The position numbers were made by a program, and so were the translations under genes. Shown here piece by piece: positions 9,609-18,573 of a DNA stretch of 64,000 bases. The notes under the pieces were generated by a model. The model was not told the origin of the DNA. It did no database searches and saw only the letters and a list, made by a program, of their open reading frames with translations. Position 1 is the stretch's first letter; each line of letters opens with the position of its first letter. Source of the DNA: a virus. The stretch is from positions 1-64,000 of IMG/VR virus record IMGVR_UViG_3300027586_000002; one strand, given 5' to 3'.

Positions 9609-9839
9609 ATGTTAAAAGAAAATCAACACAACGAGTTTAAAGGAGAATCTTTTATTATACAGTTGACCGGTCTTCCAAAGATCAAGCTGATACAAATAGA
9701 TAAATGCCAGTTTAGAATAATGATGAGAAACGAAGACTATCGTGAACTCACTTATGAAGAGAATATAAGGATTGTTAACTACGCAAAAGATGAAGGATTT
9801 TTTGACAGTGTAGCTTCAAAATTAAGAAAAAGAACATGA
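9609..9839 (+). CDS. Hypothetical protein
   Basis: ATG directly after the terminator; ATGA overlap with tmk. Confidence 0.5.
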   Translation: MLKENQHNEFKGESFIIQLTGLPKIKLIQIDKCQFRIMMRNEDYRELTYEENIRIVNYAKDEGFFDSVASKLRKRT

Positions 9840-10465
9840 CAGGAAAACTTATAGTATTTGAAGGAGTAGACGGATGTGGCAAGTCTACTCAAGTAAAAAA
9901 AGCTTTTGAATACCTGCAATCAATAAGAGTGCCGGTTATTTCAACTCAAGAACCAGGAGGAACTTGTCTTGGAACAAAAGTAAAGGAGATCATTAAGGTA
10001 TCACCAACAGATTGTCCAATCTCACCAAAGGCGGAGATATTGTTATTTAATGCAGCTAGAGCTCAACTAGTTGAAAGCTTAATCAAGCCTGCGCTGGCTG
10101 TAAATGAAGTGGTGCTGGCTGATCGCTACTATCATTCAACAATGGCTTATCAAGTGTTTGGGCGCCAAATGAAGCTGCTAGAAACATATGATATAACAAG
10201 TTATGCCACGGATGGTCTGAGGCCTGATCTGGTAATAGTTCTTGATGTTGACCAGCCGACTTGTATTGCCAGACTGCAGAAGAGGGGTAGCACAGATGAA
10301 AAAAGATTTGAATTACAGAATGAACAATTCTTTAATCGAATCAGACAAGGGTATTTAACACTCAGCAAGACTGAGAATAATATAACGGTGCTTGATGGAA
10401 GATTAAGCCCAGAAGTAATATTCGAGCAAGTAAAAGAAGAGCTTACAAGAATAGGAATTCATTAA
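9836..10465 (+). CDS. tmk: Thymidylate kinase
   Basis: FEGVDGCGKST P-loop, EPGGT, LLFNAARAQ, LADRY..ST.AYQ and PDLVIVLDV. Confidence 0.95.
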   Translation: MTGKLIVFEGVDGCGKSTQVKKAFEYLQSIRVPVISTQEPGGTCLGTKVKEIIKVSPTDCPISPKAEILLFNAARAQLVESLIKPALAVNEVVLADRYYHSTMAYQVFGRQMKLLETYDITSYATDGLRPDLVIVLDVDQPTCIARLQKRGSTDEKRFELQNEQFFNRIRQGYLTLSKTENNITVLDGRLSPEVIFEQVKEELTRIGIH

Positions 10466-10470
10466 TTAAT

Positions 10471-10806
10471 ATGCAATTATATATAATAGTTGGTTTGAAG
10501 AAAGCCGACAATAAAGAGCTGCTTGATTTTAAGACTACCGTGTTTGAGTCTTACGATGAATGGCATTATAGCGAAAACAGAAATAAGGTATTGGATAGAT
10601 TGAAGGTGCTGCAATCTGATACCGAATATACAAAAGTTCGGTTGATTGAAGTCAGTATTCGAGACAAGGATCTGGCTAGGGTTATGTTTGAAGATCGTGA
10701 GATTTTTGGCTATGGGCTTAAACAGATAGAACTAATACCTGACGAGGCTTATCAGGTTAAAAGAAAGACTTTGACTACAGAAGCTGAAGTGGTAAACTGT
10801 AAATGA
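10471..10806 (+). CDS. Hypothetical protein
   Basis: 111-aa ORF in operon context. Confidence 0.55.
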   Translation: MQLYIIVGLKKADNKELLDFKTTVFESYDEWHYSENRNKVLDRLKVLQSDTEYTKVRLIEVSIRDKDLARVMFEDREIFGYGLKQIELIPDEAYQVKRKTLTTEAEVVNCK

Positions 10807-10815
10807 TATTTTTGA

Positions 10816-10887
10816 CACAGGAAGAATGAGATTCAAGCCATCCTCATAAGTTGGCCTACAAGGGTGCGACTCCCTTTCCTGTAACCA
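10816..10887 (+). tRNA. Atypical tRNA-Met(CAU), initiator-like, with a reduced D-arm
   Basis: Acceptor ACAGGA/TCCTGT with a C1:A72 mismatch, A73 and encoded CCA. Anticodon loop CT-CAT-AA. T-arm AAGGG-TGCGACT-CCCTT. No canonical D-stem. Confidence 0.7.
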
Positions 10888-10890
10888 ATT

Positions 10891-10997
10891 TCTGTTTCTT
10901 CAATTAGGGTGGAGGTAGCTCTAATTTATCTAAAAGAGCGAGGGGTCTTCATGGTGTGATAGACACTATTGTGGCGGAGACAGGTTGAAGAAACAGG
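10891..10997 (+). ncRNA. Small structured RNA (three-way junction) between tRNA-Met and tmRNA
   Basis: Closing stem TCTGTTTCTTCAA/TTGAAGAAACAGG; inner stems GCTCT/AGAGC and GTCTTC-ATGGTGT/ACACTAT-GGAGAC. Confidence 0.4.
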
Positions 10998-11007
10998 ATT
11001 CACTTTT

Positions 11008-11419
11008 GGGGGTGTACTGGTATCGACATATGTGTGAATGCAGTGATAGCAAGCCGTGGATAGTAGTTGGCCACGTTAAATCTTCTACTAAAAAACTAAA
11101 CGACAACTCGTTTGGACAGACTAGCAGCTTCGTTCAGAAGCTCTCCGCGTTTGCGGCGAGCCTGACCGGTGCCGAAGTCGAACTCGCAGCCTAAGGCAGC
11201 GACTGTGAACCTTGGACACCTCTAAGGGGATTCACAGACATCAGAGGTTGTAGTATTGAGAGCGCTGCTGCTGGTCTCAATATCAAACTTGAATGAAGCA
11301 TCGTTGGCTGGGAACTCGGCATGTAGGATCCAGTTGATTAAACTTAAACATGACTAAGCTTGTAGAAGTTGCTGTTGAAACATTTATGAACCGGGGTTCG
11401 ACTCCCCGCACCTCCACCA
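11008..11419 (+). ncRNA. ssrA: tmRNA
   Basis: 5' GGGGGTGTACTGGTATCGAC; 3' GGGGTTCGACTCCCCGCACCTCCACCA; G3:U70 Ala determinant; internal tag frame ending ELAA-stop (11102-11194). Confidence 0.95.
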
Positions 11420-11469
11420 TTTAGTAGCTAAGCATGTACGCAGGTTTAGTAGCTAAACATGTACGCGGA
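11420..11469 (+). repeat. 25-bp tandem direct repeat (2 copies)
   Basis: TTTAGTAGCTAAGCATGTACGCAGG / TTTAGTAGCTAAACATGTACGCGGA. Confidence 0.85.
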
Positions 11470-11482
11470 TGTAATAGTATCG

Positions 11483-11598
11483 AGGCAGTATTGCGTAACG
11501 GTAGCGCATCAGAGGACACATTCACCCCAGCCTTATTATGTTTGGAATTATGTGCCTCCTTCTGAAAGACCGGGGTTCAATTCGCCTGGAGCTGCTTT
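11483..11598 (+). ncRNA. tRNA-like RNA with a 47-nt insert in place of the anticodon loop
   Basis: Acceptor AGGCAGT/GCTGCTT, D-arm TGCG-TAACGGTAG-CGCA, anticodon stem TCAGA 11509/TCTGA 11561, T-loop GGTTCAATTC. Confidence 0.65.
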
Positions 11599-11632
11599 TA
11601 ATAGAGAATAATTAGCGCATTTAATATAGAAT

Positions 11633-11729
11633 AGAGACATGGTGTAGCGGTAGCACGCTGTTACAAAAGTATATCTTATAATTTAGATTACTAAGTAACG
11701 GAAGGGCTGGTTCAATTCCAGTTTTTAAT
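11633..11729 (+). ncRNA. Degenerate tRNA-like RNA with a 30-nt insert in the anticodon loop
   Basis: D-arm TGGTGTAGCGGTAGCACG, stem CTGTTAC 11658/GTAACGG 11695, T-arm GCTGG-TTCAATT-CCAGT; the acceptor stem pairs poorly. Confidence 0.55.
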
Positions 11730-11742
11730 ATAAAGGGTAACA

Positions 11743-12087
11743 ATGACACAAATCAAAAAACAAATACTTGAAGCAAAATACAAACCAAAATCTGTTGATA
11801 TGCTTGATCCTGGTGAATACTTTTGGTTTCAAAAGGATTACTGCAGGATGAGGATTAAGAGCGATGAGACGGTTAGGGTAGCTAACTTGACCACTAAAGA
11901 AGAGATGGAGCTACACCCTTATTGGAAGGTGAACCACGCGATTGACGAAGGAGATGAATCAGCAATTCCTAACTTTACACCTGAGGAAGAGGAAATCCTA
12001 GTTGCAAAGATCAAGAACCATGGCCCTACTGATAACTTTAAGTTCAAAGTTACAAATGAAGAACTAAGGACAGTCCAGCTTACGTAA
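11743..12087 (+). CDS. Hypothetical protein (ends RTVQLT)
   Basis: 114-aa ORF. Confidence 0.6.
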   Translation: MTQIKKQILEAKYKPKSVDMLDPGEYFWFQKDYCRMRIKSDETVRVANLTTKEEMELHPYWKVNHAIDEGDESAIPNFTPEEEEILVAKIKNHGPTDNFKFKVTNEELRTVQLT

Positions 12088-12133
12088 TAGGGAAGGGGCA
12101 GGTATAGGTATATACTATACTCCCTTCCCTATT
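12086..12133. terminator. Long inverted repeat / terminator-like hairpin
   Basis: AATAGGGAAGGGG...TCCCTTCCCTATT with an inner GTATAG/CTATAC stem. Confidence 0.6.
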
Positions 12134-12200
12134 CTATACTTGATATCTGCCTTCAATCCAAAGAAATAGAAAAAACTCAGTATTAAAATAAACCAACTAA

Positions 12201-12416
12201 ATGACAATTAGAGAATTAAAAGAACGTATAAAAAACGAACCAGACGACAAACTAGTTATTCTGTCCAAAGACGCAGAAGGTAATAACTTCTCGCCTCTTG
12301 TCCAAATATCTAACAGCTTTTACGTACCTATCACAAACTGGTACGGAGAGTTAGCCCAAAACAAAGACGGTAGCGATAAAACTGTTACATGCATCTGCCT
12401 CTGGCCCACCAACTAA
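12201..12416 (+). CDS. Small phage hypothetical protein
   Basis: MTIRELKERI..PDD..VILSKDAEGN pattern common in phage small ORFs. Confidence 0.65.
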   Translation: MTIRELKERIKNEPDDKLVILSKDAEGNNFSPLVQISNSFYVPITNWYGELAQNKDGSDKTVTCICLWPTN

Positions 12417-12655
12417 TAGTTAATGGTATAATCTATATATTTACAGGGCTGTTACTGGCATTGGTGCTTATCGCTCTAACCTACTTAATTCTTCATTGCT
12501 GGTACAAGCTTAGCTACTACTGCACTCTGTTACGAACTAAGTATCTATTATACCAATTACGTAAAGAATTCAGAAAGTCTAAAGTACCACCTAAAGTTGT
12601 AGATCAATATATGATGTCAATGAATCAGTTTATAACTAAGTTAGCTAAAAAGTAG
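12389..12655 (+). CDS. Small membrane protein (start uncertain)
   Basis: Single hydrophobic helix followed by a basic region. Confidence 0.4.
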   Translation: MHLPLAHQLIVNGIIYIFTGLLLALVLIALTYLILHCWYKLSYYCTLLRTKYLLYQLRKEFRKSKVPPKVVDQYMMSMNQFITKLAKK

Positions 12656-12688
12656 GCATTAACCTATAAGCTGTGTATCTCTTTTGTT

Positions 12689-12904
12689 ATGAAAAAAGTT
12701 GTTATAATTTCAACCTTAGTATCCTTCATCTCGCTTGTAGCTTTAGGCTATTATAGATCCTCCCTGTCAGACAATCGGGTTAAATCAACCGAAGGCTTTA
12801 TTTATAGAATCTATGTCATTGATAAGTGCGAGTACATTAGTTACGACAAAGGCATAAGCCATAAAGGTAATTGCACTAATTCGTTTCATAAGCTTTCTAA
12901 GTAG
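12689..12904 (+). CDS. Small secreted/membrane-anchored phage protein
   Basis: N-terminal hydrophobic helix; IDKCEYI...HKGNC motif. Confidence 0.65.
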   Translation: MKKVVIISTLVSFISLVALGYYRSSLSDNRVKSTEGFIYRIYVIDKCEYISYDKGISHKGNCTNSFHKLSK

Positions 12905-12907
12905 TCT

Positions 12908-13060
12908 ATGAAAGAAGAACTAAACGACTTTCTGGAGCAGTGCTACATCTGCAAGAAGTATTACGACTTGCAACAGATAATGTTTGGAAGTCACCATATT
13001 TGTCTAGATTGCTACAAAGACATGGACAAGGCATCATTGATCAATCCTAAGCCCTCCTAG
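12908..13060 (+). CDS. 50-aa zinc-finger protein (not in the ORF track)
   Basis: MKEELNDFLEQCYICKKYYDLQQIMFGSHHICLDCYKDMDKASLINPKPS: two CxxC pairs. Confidence 0.55.
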   Translation: MKEELNDFLEQCYICKKYYDLQQIMFGSHHICLDCYKDMDKASLINPKPS

Positions 13061-13083
13061 GGGCCTAGAAACACCATCGTAGT

Positions 13084-13371
13084 ATGAAATACAATATCAA
13101 ATTTAAGTCGCAGTATCCTTCACCTAAAACAGTTGTTCCAGTCCACCAAGCCAAGGATCAAACTAATAGCATACGCTGCTGTCTATCAGAAACAGTGTTT
13201 GATTTTTGCCATAATCAAGAGCTAACTATACATAAAGGACAGACTGGAGTTGCTACTAAGAATGGCGTTGGCTCTGGTAACTGGAACTTCTGGCCAGATC
13301 TTAAGGGTATAATACACCCCGTATGGGTCCATCGCTCTGAGTTGTTCTTTGAACATGACCCTATAGATTAA
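13084..13371 (+). CDS. Hypothetical protein (SH3-like C-terminus possible)
   Basis: 95-aa ORF. Confidence 0.5.
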   Translation: MKYNIKFKSQYPSPKTVVPVHQAKDQTNSIRCCLSETVFDFCHNQELTIHKGQTGVATKNGVGSGNWNFWPDLKGIIHPVWVHRSELFFEHDPID

Positions 13372-13376
13372 ATATC

Positions 13377-13613
13377 ATGACCCTTCGATTAATACATTTT
13401 GGAGTTGGAAATGACTACTATTGTGATATTGAGCTCTTCCGCCAGCTTAGAGAGTTTAAAGATGGTATCACCTTCCTGGAAGGTAGTGTAAATCTTGATT
13501 TATATAAAGCAGATCATAAGCCTAGCTTTGAAATTACTTTAGTTATATTTAATTGTAAAATATGTGAGTTTGTTATTTATAATATAAATCATGTTAAACC
13601 CAAGAAAGATTAA
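13377..13613 (+). CDS. Hypothetical protein
   Basis: 78-aa ORF. Confidence 0.55.
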   Translation: MTLRLIHFGVGNDYYCDIELFRQLREFKDGITFLEGSVNLDLYKADHKPSFEITLVIFNCKICEFVIYNINHVKPKKD

Positions 13614-14181
13614 AAATCAGGTAGGTCCACCAAGAAGAAGATACAAGATGGCACTGAGGCCTATAACTGCAGCATTTGCTAGTGATCTGGCAGAATGCAT
13701 ATCCGCATTATATATAAGTTCAGCATTGATACATCGTAAGGTTGGACACCATCTATATGAGAATGCTTGTGTTTCTGCTTCAGAAACTGCAAGTACTAAT
13801 GTTAAGTCTTTCTATCGTGTTGCTTACGCGCCGCTGGATGTGGTCTGTGATGACGAAGAATGCTATCGTAGAATAAAGGAGATGGTGTATAGTGATAGAC
13901 AGACACATGAATATAAAGAAGGAGCGTGTGTTTATATAGGTATATTTGATTTCTTTATTTGTAAGTTTTCCAATAGATGGTGGCTGTATAACTCTAGCCC
14001 AATTATTCTTGGAGATAGTGTGCCATTGCTTGGCATCAGCTTTAAATATGTTTATCTTATGGATGATGGAACTCGGTCGCTCCACCGTCTCCTTATAAAA
14101 AGAGCATGTGAAGTAGCTAAAATACTAAATGAAGACGATCCTACTTATAATAAAAGACGTATAATTAAACAATCAATTTAA
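13591..14181 (+). CDS. Hypothetical protein
   Basis: 196-aa ORF; TAATG coupling to the next ORF. Confidence 0.55.
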   Translation: MLNPRKIKNQVGPPRRRYKMALRPITAAFASDLAECISALYISSALIHRKVGHHLYENACVSASETASTNVKSFYRVAYAPLDVVCDDEECYRRIKEMVYSDRQTHEYKEGACVYIGIFDFFICKFSNRWWLYNSSPIILGDSVPLLGISFKYVYLMDDGTRSLHRLLIKRACEVAKILNEDDPTYNKRRIIKQSI

Positions 14182-14801
14182 TGAACCAACAGAAAACATA
14201 TTATAAAGTAAAATCTAAGACTGGATTGTTTAATTATTTTAAGTCTAGAAAGGCTTGCTTATCATTAGGACCTGAAACCTCCTGCATGTGGGTCAAGATT
14301 ACTTCTGGTCTTGCCAGGGTCATAGGCTATAGCTTTTTAGATAATATAGATCGTACTAAACAACATAACATGGTTATTGATTACGACAACGACCTACCCT
14401 CTTTACGTATAAATAGTAGAGTTACTGGTAATAATGTTGATTTATCTTACGGTATAAAATGGCAGCAAATAAATGTGGATGCGTTTAACCGTTACGTAAA
14501 GAAATCGGGTTCAAGGCCCGCCTTTGATCTTGGAGATGGTACATTCCTGTGCATTCAGTTTAACTCAGTTCAACAAGTATTGTACTCTTTGCCTAATGCA
14601 GTTAATTTTATTCCAATGATTAAACTAAGAGGCAAGTGGTGGGTTCTTCGTGATTTTGCTGCAGGTGAGCTAAGTAACCCAGCCAAGCTCATAATTAGTT
14701 ATCAGGACTCGCCTAATTTAGATCGAAGGTTTAAGATCAAAAATAATAATTGGATGTGTGCTGTAGTTATAAAAAAGTTTATTGACTTGATACCAGTATA
14801 A
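14181..14801 (+). CDS. Hypothetical protein
   Basis: 206-aa ORF. Confidence 0.6.
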   Translation: MNQQKTYYKVKSKTGLFNYFKSRKACLSLGPETSCMWVKITSGLARVIGYSFLDNIDRTKQHNMVIDYDNDLPSLRINSRVTGNNVDLSYGIKWQQINVDAFNRYVKKSGSRPAFDLGDGTFLCIQFNSVQQVLYSLPNAVNFIPMIKLRGKWWVLRDFAAGELSNPAKLIISYQDSPNLDRRFKIKNNNWMCAVVIKKFIDLIPV

Positions 14802-14804
14802 GTT

Positions 14805-15071
14805 ATGAAAAGATTTTTCAGTTTATCTACACTTAAGAAAATGAGTCTTACTAGACTTAAAAAATTAGCTAAGAATAGAAATACCATACCGCTTATAATA
14901 CAGGGGCATGATTCAAGACATAAAGAACACATTGCGTTGTCTATCCTTCAGCAGCAGATGAACAACGACCGCCCAAGATTACGTGAGCTACATCGCTCAA
15001 ACTTGGCAACTGAGATTAAATATAACAAACGAACAAAGATAATAATGGATTTAGAAGATAACTACGTATGA
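14805..15071 (+). CDS. Hypothetical basic protein
   Basis: 88-aa ORF. Confidence 0.5.
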   Translation: MKRFFSLSTLKKMSLTRLKKLAKNRNTIPLIIQGHDSRHKEHIALSILQQQMNNDRPRLRELHRSNLATEIKYNKRTKIIMDLEDNYV

Positions 15072-15105
15072 CAAAATTTACGTTTAACAAAGGAACACAC
15101 AGGAT

Positions 15106-15717
15106 ATGAGTAAACTAAGTTTGGAAGTTTTTAAAGACGAGAAGGCCCCAGCCATCGCGCTTTTATCCTGTGTTATTAAAACTTACGGGGTTGAAGCTTT
15201 TGACTGGGAGCCTGAAATATTAAGGGCTGAGATTGAACGGGATTTTGACATGACATTGTCTGACCTTCAATCTGACAAGATACAAGCAGCAGTAACAGTT
15301 ATAGCCAGCCCCTTCTTTCAAGAGCAATGGGAGGTGTTTGAGAAGATATGTCATATGTTTAATGGTGTACCAGATGAGTTTGACACAGCTAATCCACTTG
15401 AGGCCGAAGAGATAGCTCAAGCCATGGCTGATTACTATCTTTTAAACTATGACGATCAAGAGGCTGAACATAAACCTGAGCAAGAAGGAATGTTTGGAGA
15501 TCCAAGCGTTTTCTCAGACGAGATACGCGCGTACTGTGGAAGAGTATTCTATGAATATGGTTGCCACTCAGCGCCTACTATTTTTCCGACAGCTCTTTTA
15601 CCGGACGGGGTTGTTCCAGGCGATAATACTGAAAAAGATGGAGCACTCAAGGAAATCTTCGACGCACGTCTTGAATATGTTACAAATTATATAAAGAAAC
15701 TAACGCAGGAGGAATAA
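15106..15717 (+). CDS. Hypothetical acidic protein
   Basis: 203-aa ORF; coupled to the phosphatase. Confidence 0.7.
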   Translation: MSKLSLEVFKDEKAPAIALLSCVIKTYGVEAFDWEPEILRAEIERDFDMTLSDLQSDKIQAAVTVIASPFFQEQWEVFEKICHMFNGVPDEFDTANPLEAEEIAQAMADYYLLNYDDQEAEHKPEQEGMFGDPSVFSDEIRAYCGRVFYEYGCHSAPTIFPTALLPDGVVPGDNTEKDGALKEIFDARLEYVTNYIKKLTQEE

Positions 15718-16265
15718 TGGAACTTCAATTTTGTAGTCGGTACATGGCCAGGACAGTAACTGATGCTAAGCCAGATCACTGGCATATTATATCAATAGGT
15801 TCTTCCTCAGAGGAGAGCAAGAATAAAGCAGGTGAGACCGAAGGATGGCCCTCCTTGCCTAATGCTGCAGAAATACACAAGGCAGACTTTGATGACGCAG
15901 TATACAGACCAGCATCAGAGAAAAAATACAATTACGTCACTCCTGCGATAATTGAAGGAATGCTAGCAAAAGCTCGCGCCTGGCTGAAAGACAATAAGGC
16001 AGTCTTGGTTCATTGCCATGCCGGAATATCAAGAAGCACAGCCACAACACTGGTGATACTACTTGATAAATTTAAAGATGAGCCTGACCAGGTTCTACTT
16101 GCTTTATACGAGCTGGCTAAGATCAGCGAAAACATAATGCCTAATCCGATGGTTGTGTTATATGGGTTGGAAGTAATTTATAAGGATACTCCTCAGAAGG
16201 CTGAAAGAGTATATCGTCAAGTACTGGAGCACAGGATCTGGCGCAAGATGCAAACAGGTAAATGA
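15717..16265 (+). CDS. Cys-dependent (protein tyrosine / dual-specificity-like) phosphatase
   Basis: VLVHCHAGISRSTA (HCx5R), FDD general-acid loop, PNP.VV. Confidence 0.9.
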   Translation: MELQFCSRYMARTVTDAKPDHWHIISIGSSSEESKNKAGETEGWPSLPNAAEIHKADFDDAVYRPASEKKYNYVTPAIIEGMLAKARAWLKDNKAVLVHCHAGISRSTATTLVILLDKFKDEPDQVLLALYELAKISENIMPNPMVVLYGLEVIYKDTPQKAERVYRQVLEHRIWRKMQTGK

Positions 16266-16266
16266 T

Positions 16267-16533
16267 ATGGTCGATCTATCTAAACATAATATTGGTGATA
16301 AGTTTAAATTTACACCAAGAAGTAGTTGGGCAAAGTCTTGTAGAAGCGAGCAACAAGATTATATATTTGAGTTATATGAAGTAACTACTCACGAAAATGG
16401 ACAGATAGAGTATTGCCTGTGGCTTCCTAAAAATCATGATAATCGAATATACGTTACAGATCGTTATTTTGAAGACATAGATCTAATATTCGAAAATCTA
16501 GTTGAATTTAACACTAGGCGGATTTCCATATGA
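16267..16533 (+). CDS. Hypothetical protein (ends RRISI)
   Basis: 88-aa ORF; N-terminus resembles the next ORF (IGDKFKFTPRSSWAK / IDEFYRFNPTTDWAR). Confidence 0.6.
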   Translation: MVDLSKHNIGDKFKFTPRSSWAKSCRSEQQDYIFELYEVTTHENGQIEYCLWLPKNHDNRIYVTDRYFEDIDLIFENLVEFNTRRISI

Positions 16534-16829
16534 ATCAGGACCAAATAAAGATCGACGAGTTTTATAGGTTTAATCCAACTACTGATTGGGCCAGGAGGAA
16601 CCAACTAAAAAGGTTAAACCATCCTTGTATCTGTGTTTGTAAAACAGCCTTCACCAATAAAGGAATAAACTACTATAACTTCATGTTTCATAACGGGCAT
16701 ACATTGTGCTGCACTTCAGAAGATGTGGCACCATTGCTAGATAAAAACCTAGACATAGTTAAAGCTGATTTCAAGCACTCACAAGCATATTACAATGACC
16801 CAACCTATTTTAGAAAGATCCAGTTATAG
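16530..16829 (+). CDS. Hypothetical protein (ends RKIQL)
   Basis: 99-aa ORF; likely paralog of the upstream ORF. Confidence 0.6.
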   Translation: MNQDQIKIDEFYRFNPTTDWARRNQLKRLNHPCICVCKTAFTNKGINYYNFMFHNGHTLCCTSEDVAPLLDKNLDIVKADFKHSQAYYNDPTYFRKIQL

Positions 16830-16860
16830 AAATAAATTGTTTAACTTCCATAACTGGAGG

Positions 16861-18573
16861 TTAACTGTCATTTCCAGCTGACTCTGTGCTATGTCCGGAA
16901 TTAAAGCCACTAAGCAAAGGGTTATCCATTACAAAATGTGCCTGCACAACCGCAAAGTTCAAAGCATGCACGAAGTCATCAGGCGCATCATTATTGTGAC
17001 GATAGAACATTTCCTGCTTCCAAAGTCCTTCTCTTGTTTCTATATAAACATTGATGATGTCCTGCATGGCCTCGGAGCAATCTTCCCATCTAGGGAATAA
17101 TATTTTACCACTCTTTATAAGATTGCCTACAAATGATATGGTGTCAGTCCTATGCAATACCCAACGATTCTGCTTCCAACTGATTGACCCTGTTGGTGCT
17201 CTATAAGATTGTATAAACGGACTAGGAGCGTAGGACACAATTTGTGCTCGCTCTGGAGAAGTCATCTCAGCAAGCATTATAGCTCTATTAGGGTCAGGAC
17301 CACCATCAGAGGCAACGTAAGCATTAACTCCATTGGCCCTAGCCGCAATGTCTTTTATGTGGTCGTTATAGTTAAAGTCTTTGTATATCTTTTGAAAGAA
17401 TACCTCAATTATTCCATCTGATCTTACACCACAAAAGCATGCAGCAGTTCTAGACGTACGCATGTTGACACCCCAGTCAGCACCAACAGTGTAGAAAATA
17501 TAGCGATCCCTGTTCTTATCAAAGATATCAACCATAGGGCCAAGAGTGCATGCATTTCTTAAATCCAACTCACTAAGCCATTTTGTTCCTGCGTCGTACG
17601 GCAGACCAAACACCTCATTGAATATTTGAGGAATATGATAGTTACCATCTGTAACTTTCTCATATATCTTTTTCCACTGTTTAGTGGACTGGTTATAGTG
17701 AGGCAACATAGGTTGAGCCATGTGATAACCAATCATCTTAGGTTCAGGAGAAGGGTTGGCAGCTACCCATATACCATTTGCTGTATTTAATATTTTGCTG
17801 CATTTGGAGCATGAGAACCCGTGAGCTAGGATCATGCTCATAGGGTCATTCTCTTCAATTAGCATGTTCCAATGGTTGCATCCTTCACACTTGGTCGCCC
17901 ATTCTAATTGATTGGTAGTTTTCCAAAGTTTGTTAAGAGTGTTGTCGGTCGTTAAAGGCGTACCTGCATAATATTCTCTTTTGATATCTGAAATCGCCAT
18001 AGTCTCTGCAATAATAGGCAGAATTTCCCAACTGATGTCCTGCACCTCATCATGAATGTTATGAGCAGTTGCAGGTCCACGGATACGAGTAGCATCATCT
18101 TTAGCAAATCTCAAGATAACGCTGCTTTTGGTATCTGTAATTTGTTTTTCAAACACATCGTCCTTGTCGAAGCCATTGAGAATTTTCTTGATCGCCGGGC
18201 TGTTAAATCTGGGAGTTAAATACTTACTAGAGAACAGTTTAACCGTGGCTTCCTGAGGTCCAACATACAACATGTTATAATAGTTAAATCGAAGCATATT
18301 CAACGCAATAATATTACTCAATAGCGTACTCTTTAAAGTTTTACGACTACACTTTAGCAAAAGTCTTTGAGGGAGAGTATCATAAATATCTCTCATCATT
18401 GGAAACTTGTCCAGATTTTGCGGACAACCATCGTTATCGTACAAATATAGCTCAACTGCCTTTGATAAAGGCATCTTGGCCAGAGCGTACTGTCTCGCAG
18501 TAAACACTGCCTTTTTATCTTTGCTGCTAAAAAGGTTTACTATTCGGTCTGTAATATTATGAATAACGGCCAT
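16861..18573 (-). CDS. terL: Terminase large subunit (GpA-like)
   Basis: SRKTLKST Walker A variant, RIRG, HDEVQD Walker B, GTP coupling motif, CEGC..CSKC zinc ribbon, GADWG nuclease Asp, DDFVHA. Confidence 0.85.
   Translation of the reverse strand: MAVIHNITDRIVNLFSSKDKKAVFTARQYALAKMPLSKAVELYLYDNDGCPQNLDKFPMMRDIYDTLPQRLLLKCSRKTLKSTLLSNIIALNMLRFNYYNMLYVGPQEATVKLFSSKYLTPRFNSPAIKKILNGFDKDDVFEKQITDTKSSVILRFAKDDATRIRGPATAHNIHDEVQDISWEILPIIAETMAISDIKREYYAGTPLTTDNTLNKLWKTTNQLEWATKCEGCNHWNMLIEENDPMSMILAHGFSCSKCSKILNTANGIWVAANPSPEPKMIGYHMAQPMLPHYNQSTKQWKKIYEKVTDGNYHIPQIFNEVFGLPYDAGTKWLSELDLRNACTLGPMVDIFDKNRDRYIFYTVGADWGVNMRTSRTAACFCGVRSDGIIEVFFQKIYKDFNYNDHIKDIAARANGVNAYVASDGGPDPNRAIMLAEMTSPERAQIVSYAPSPFIQSYRAPTGSISWKQNRWVLHRTDTISFVGNLIKSGKILFPRWEDCSEAMQDIINVYIETREGLWKQEMFYRHNNDAPDDFVHALNFAVVQAHFVMDNPLLSGFNSGHSTESAGNDS

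Noticed and set aside
10985-11194. 69-aa ORF in the track
   Set aside because: It lies inside the tmRNA; only the 3' part is translated, as the tag.
11420-11469. Mini-CRISPR
   Set aside because: Two abutting copies with no spacer and no cas genes.
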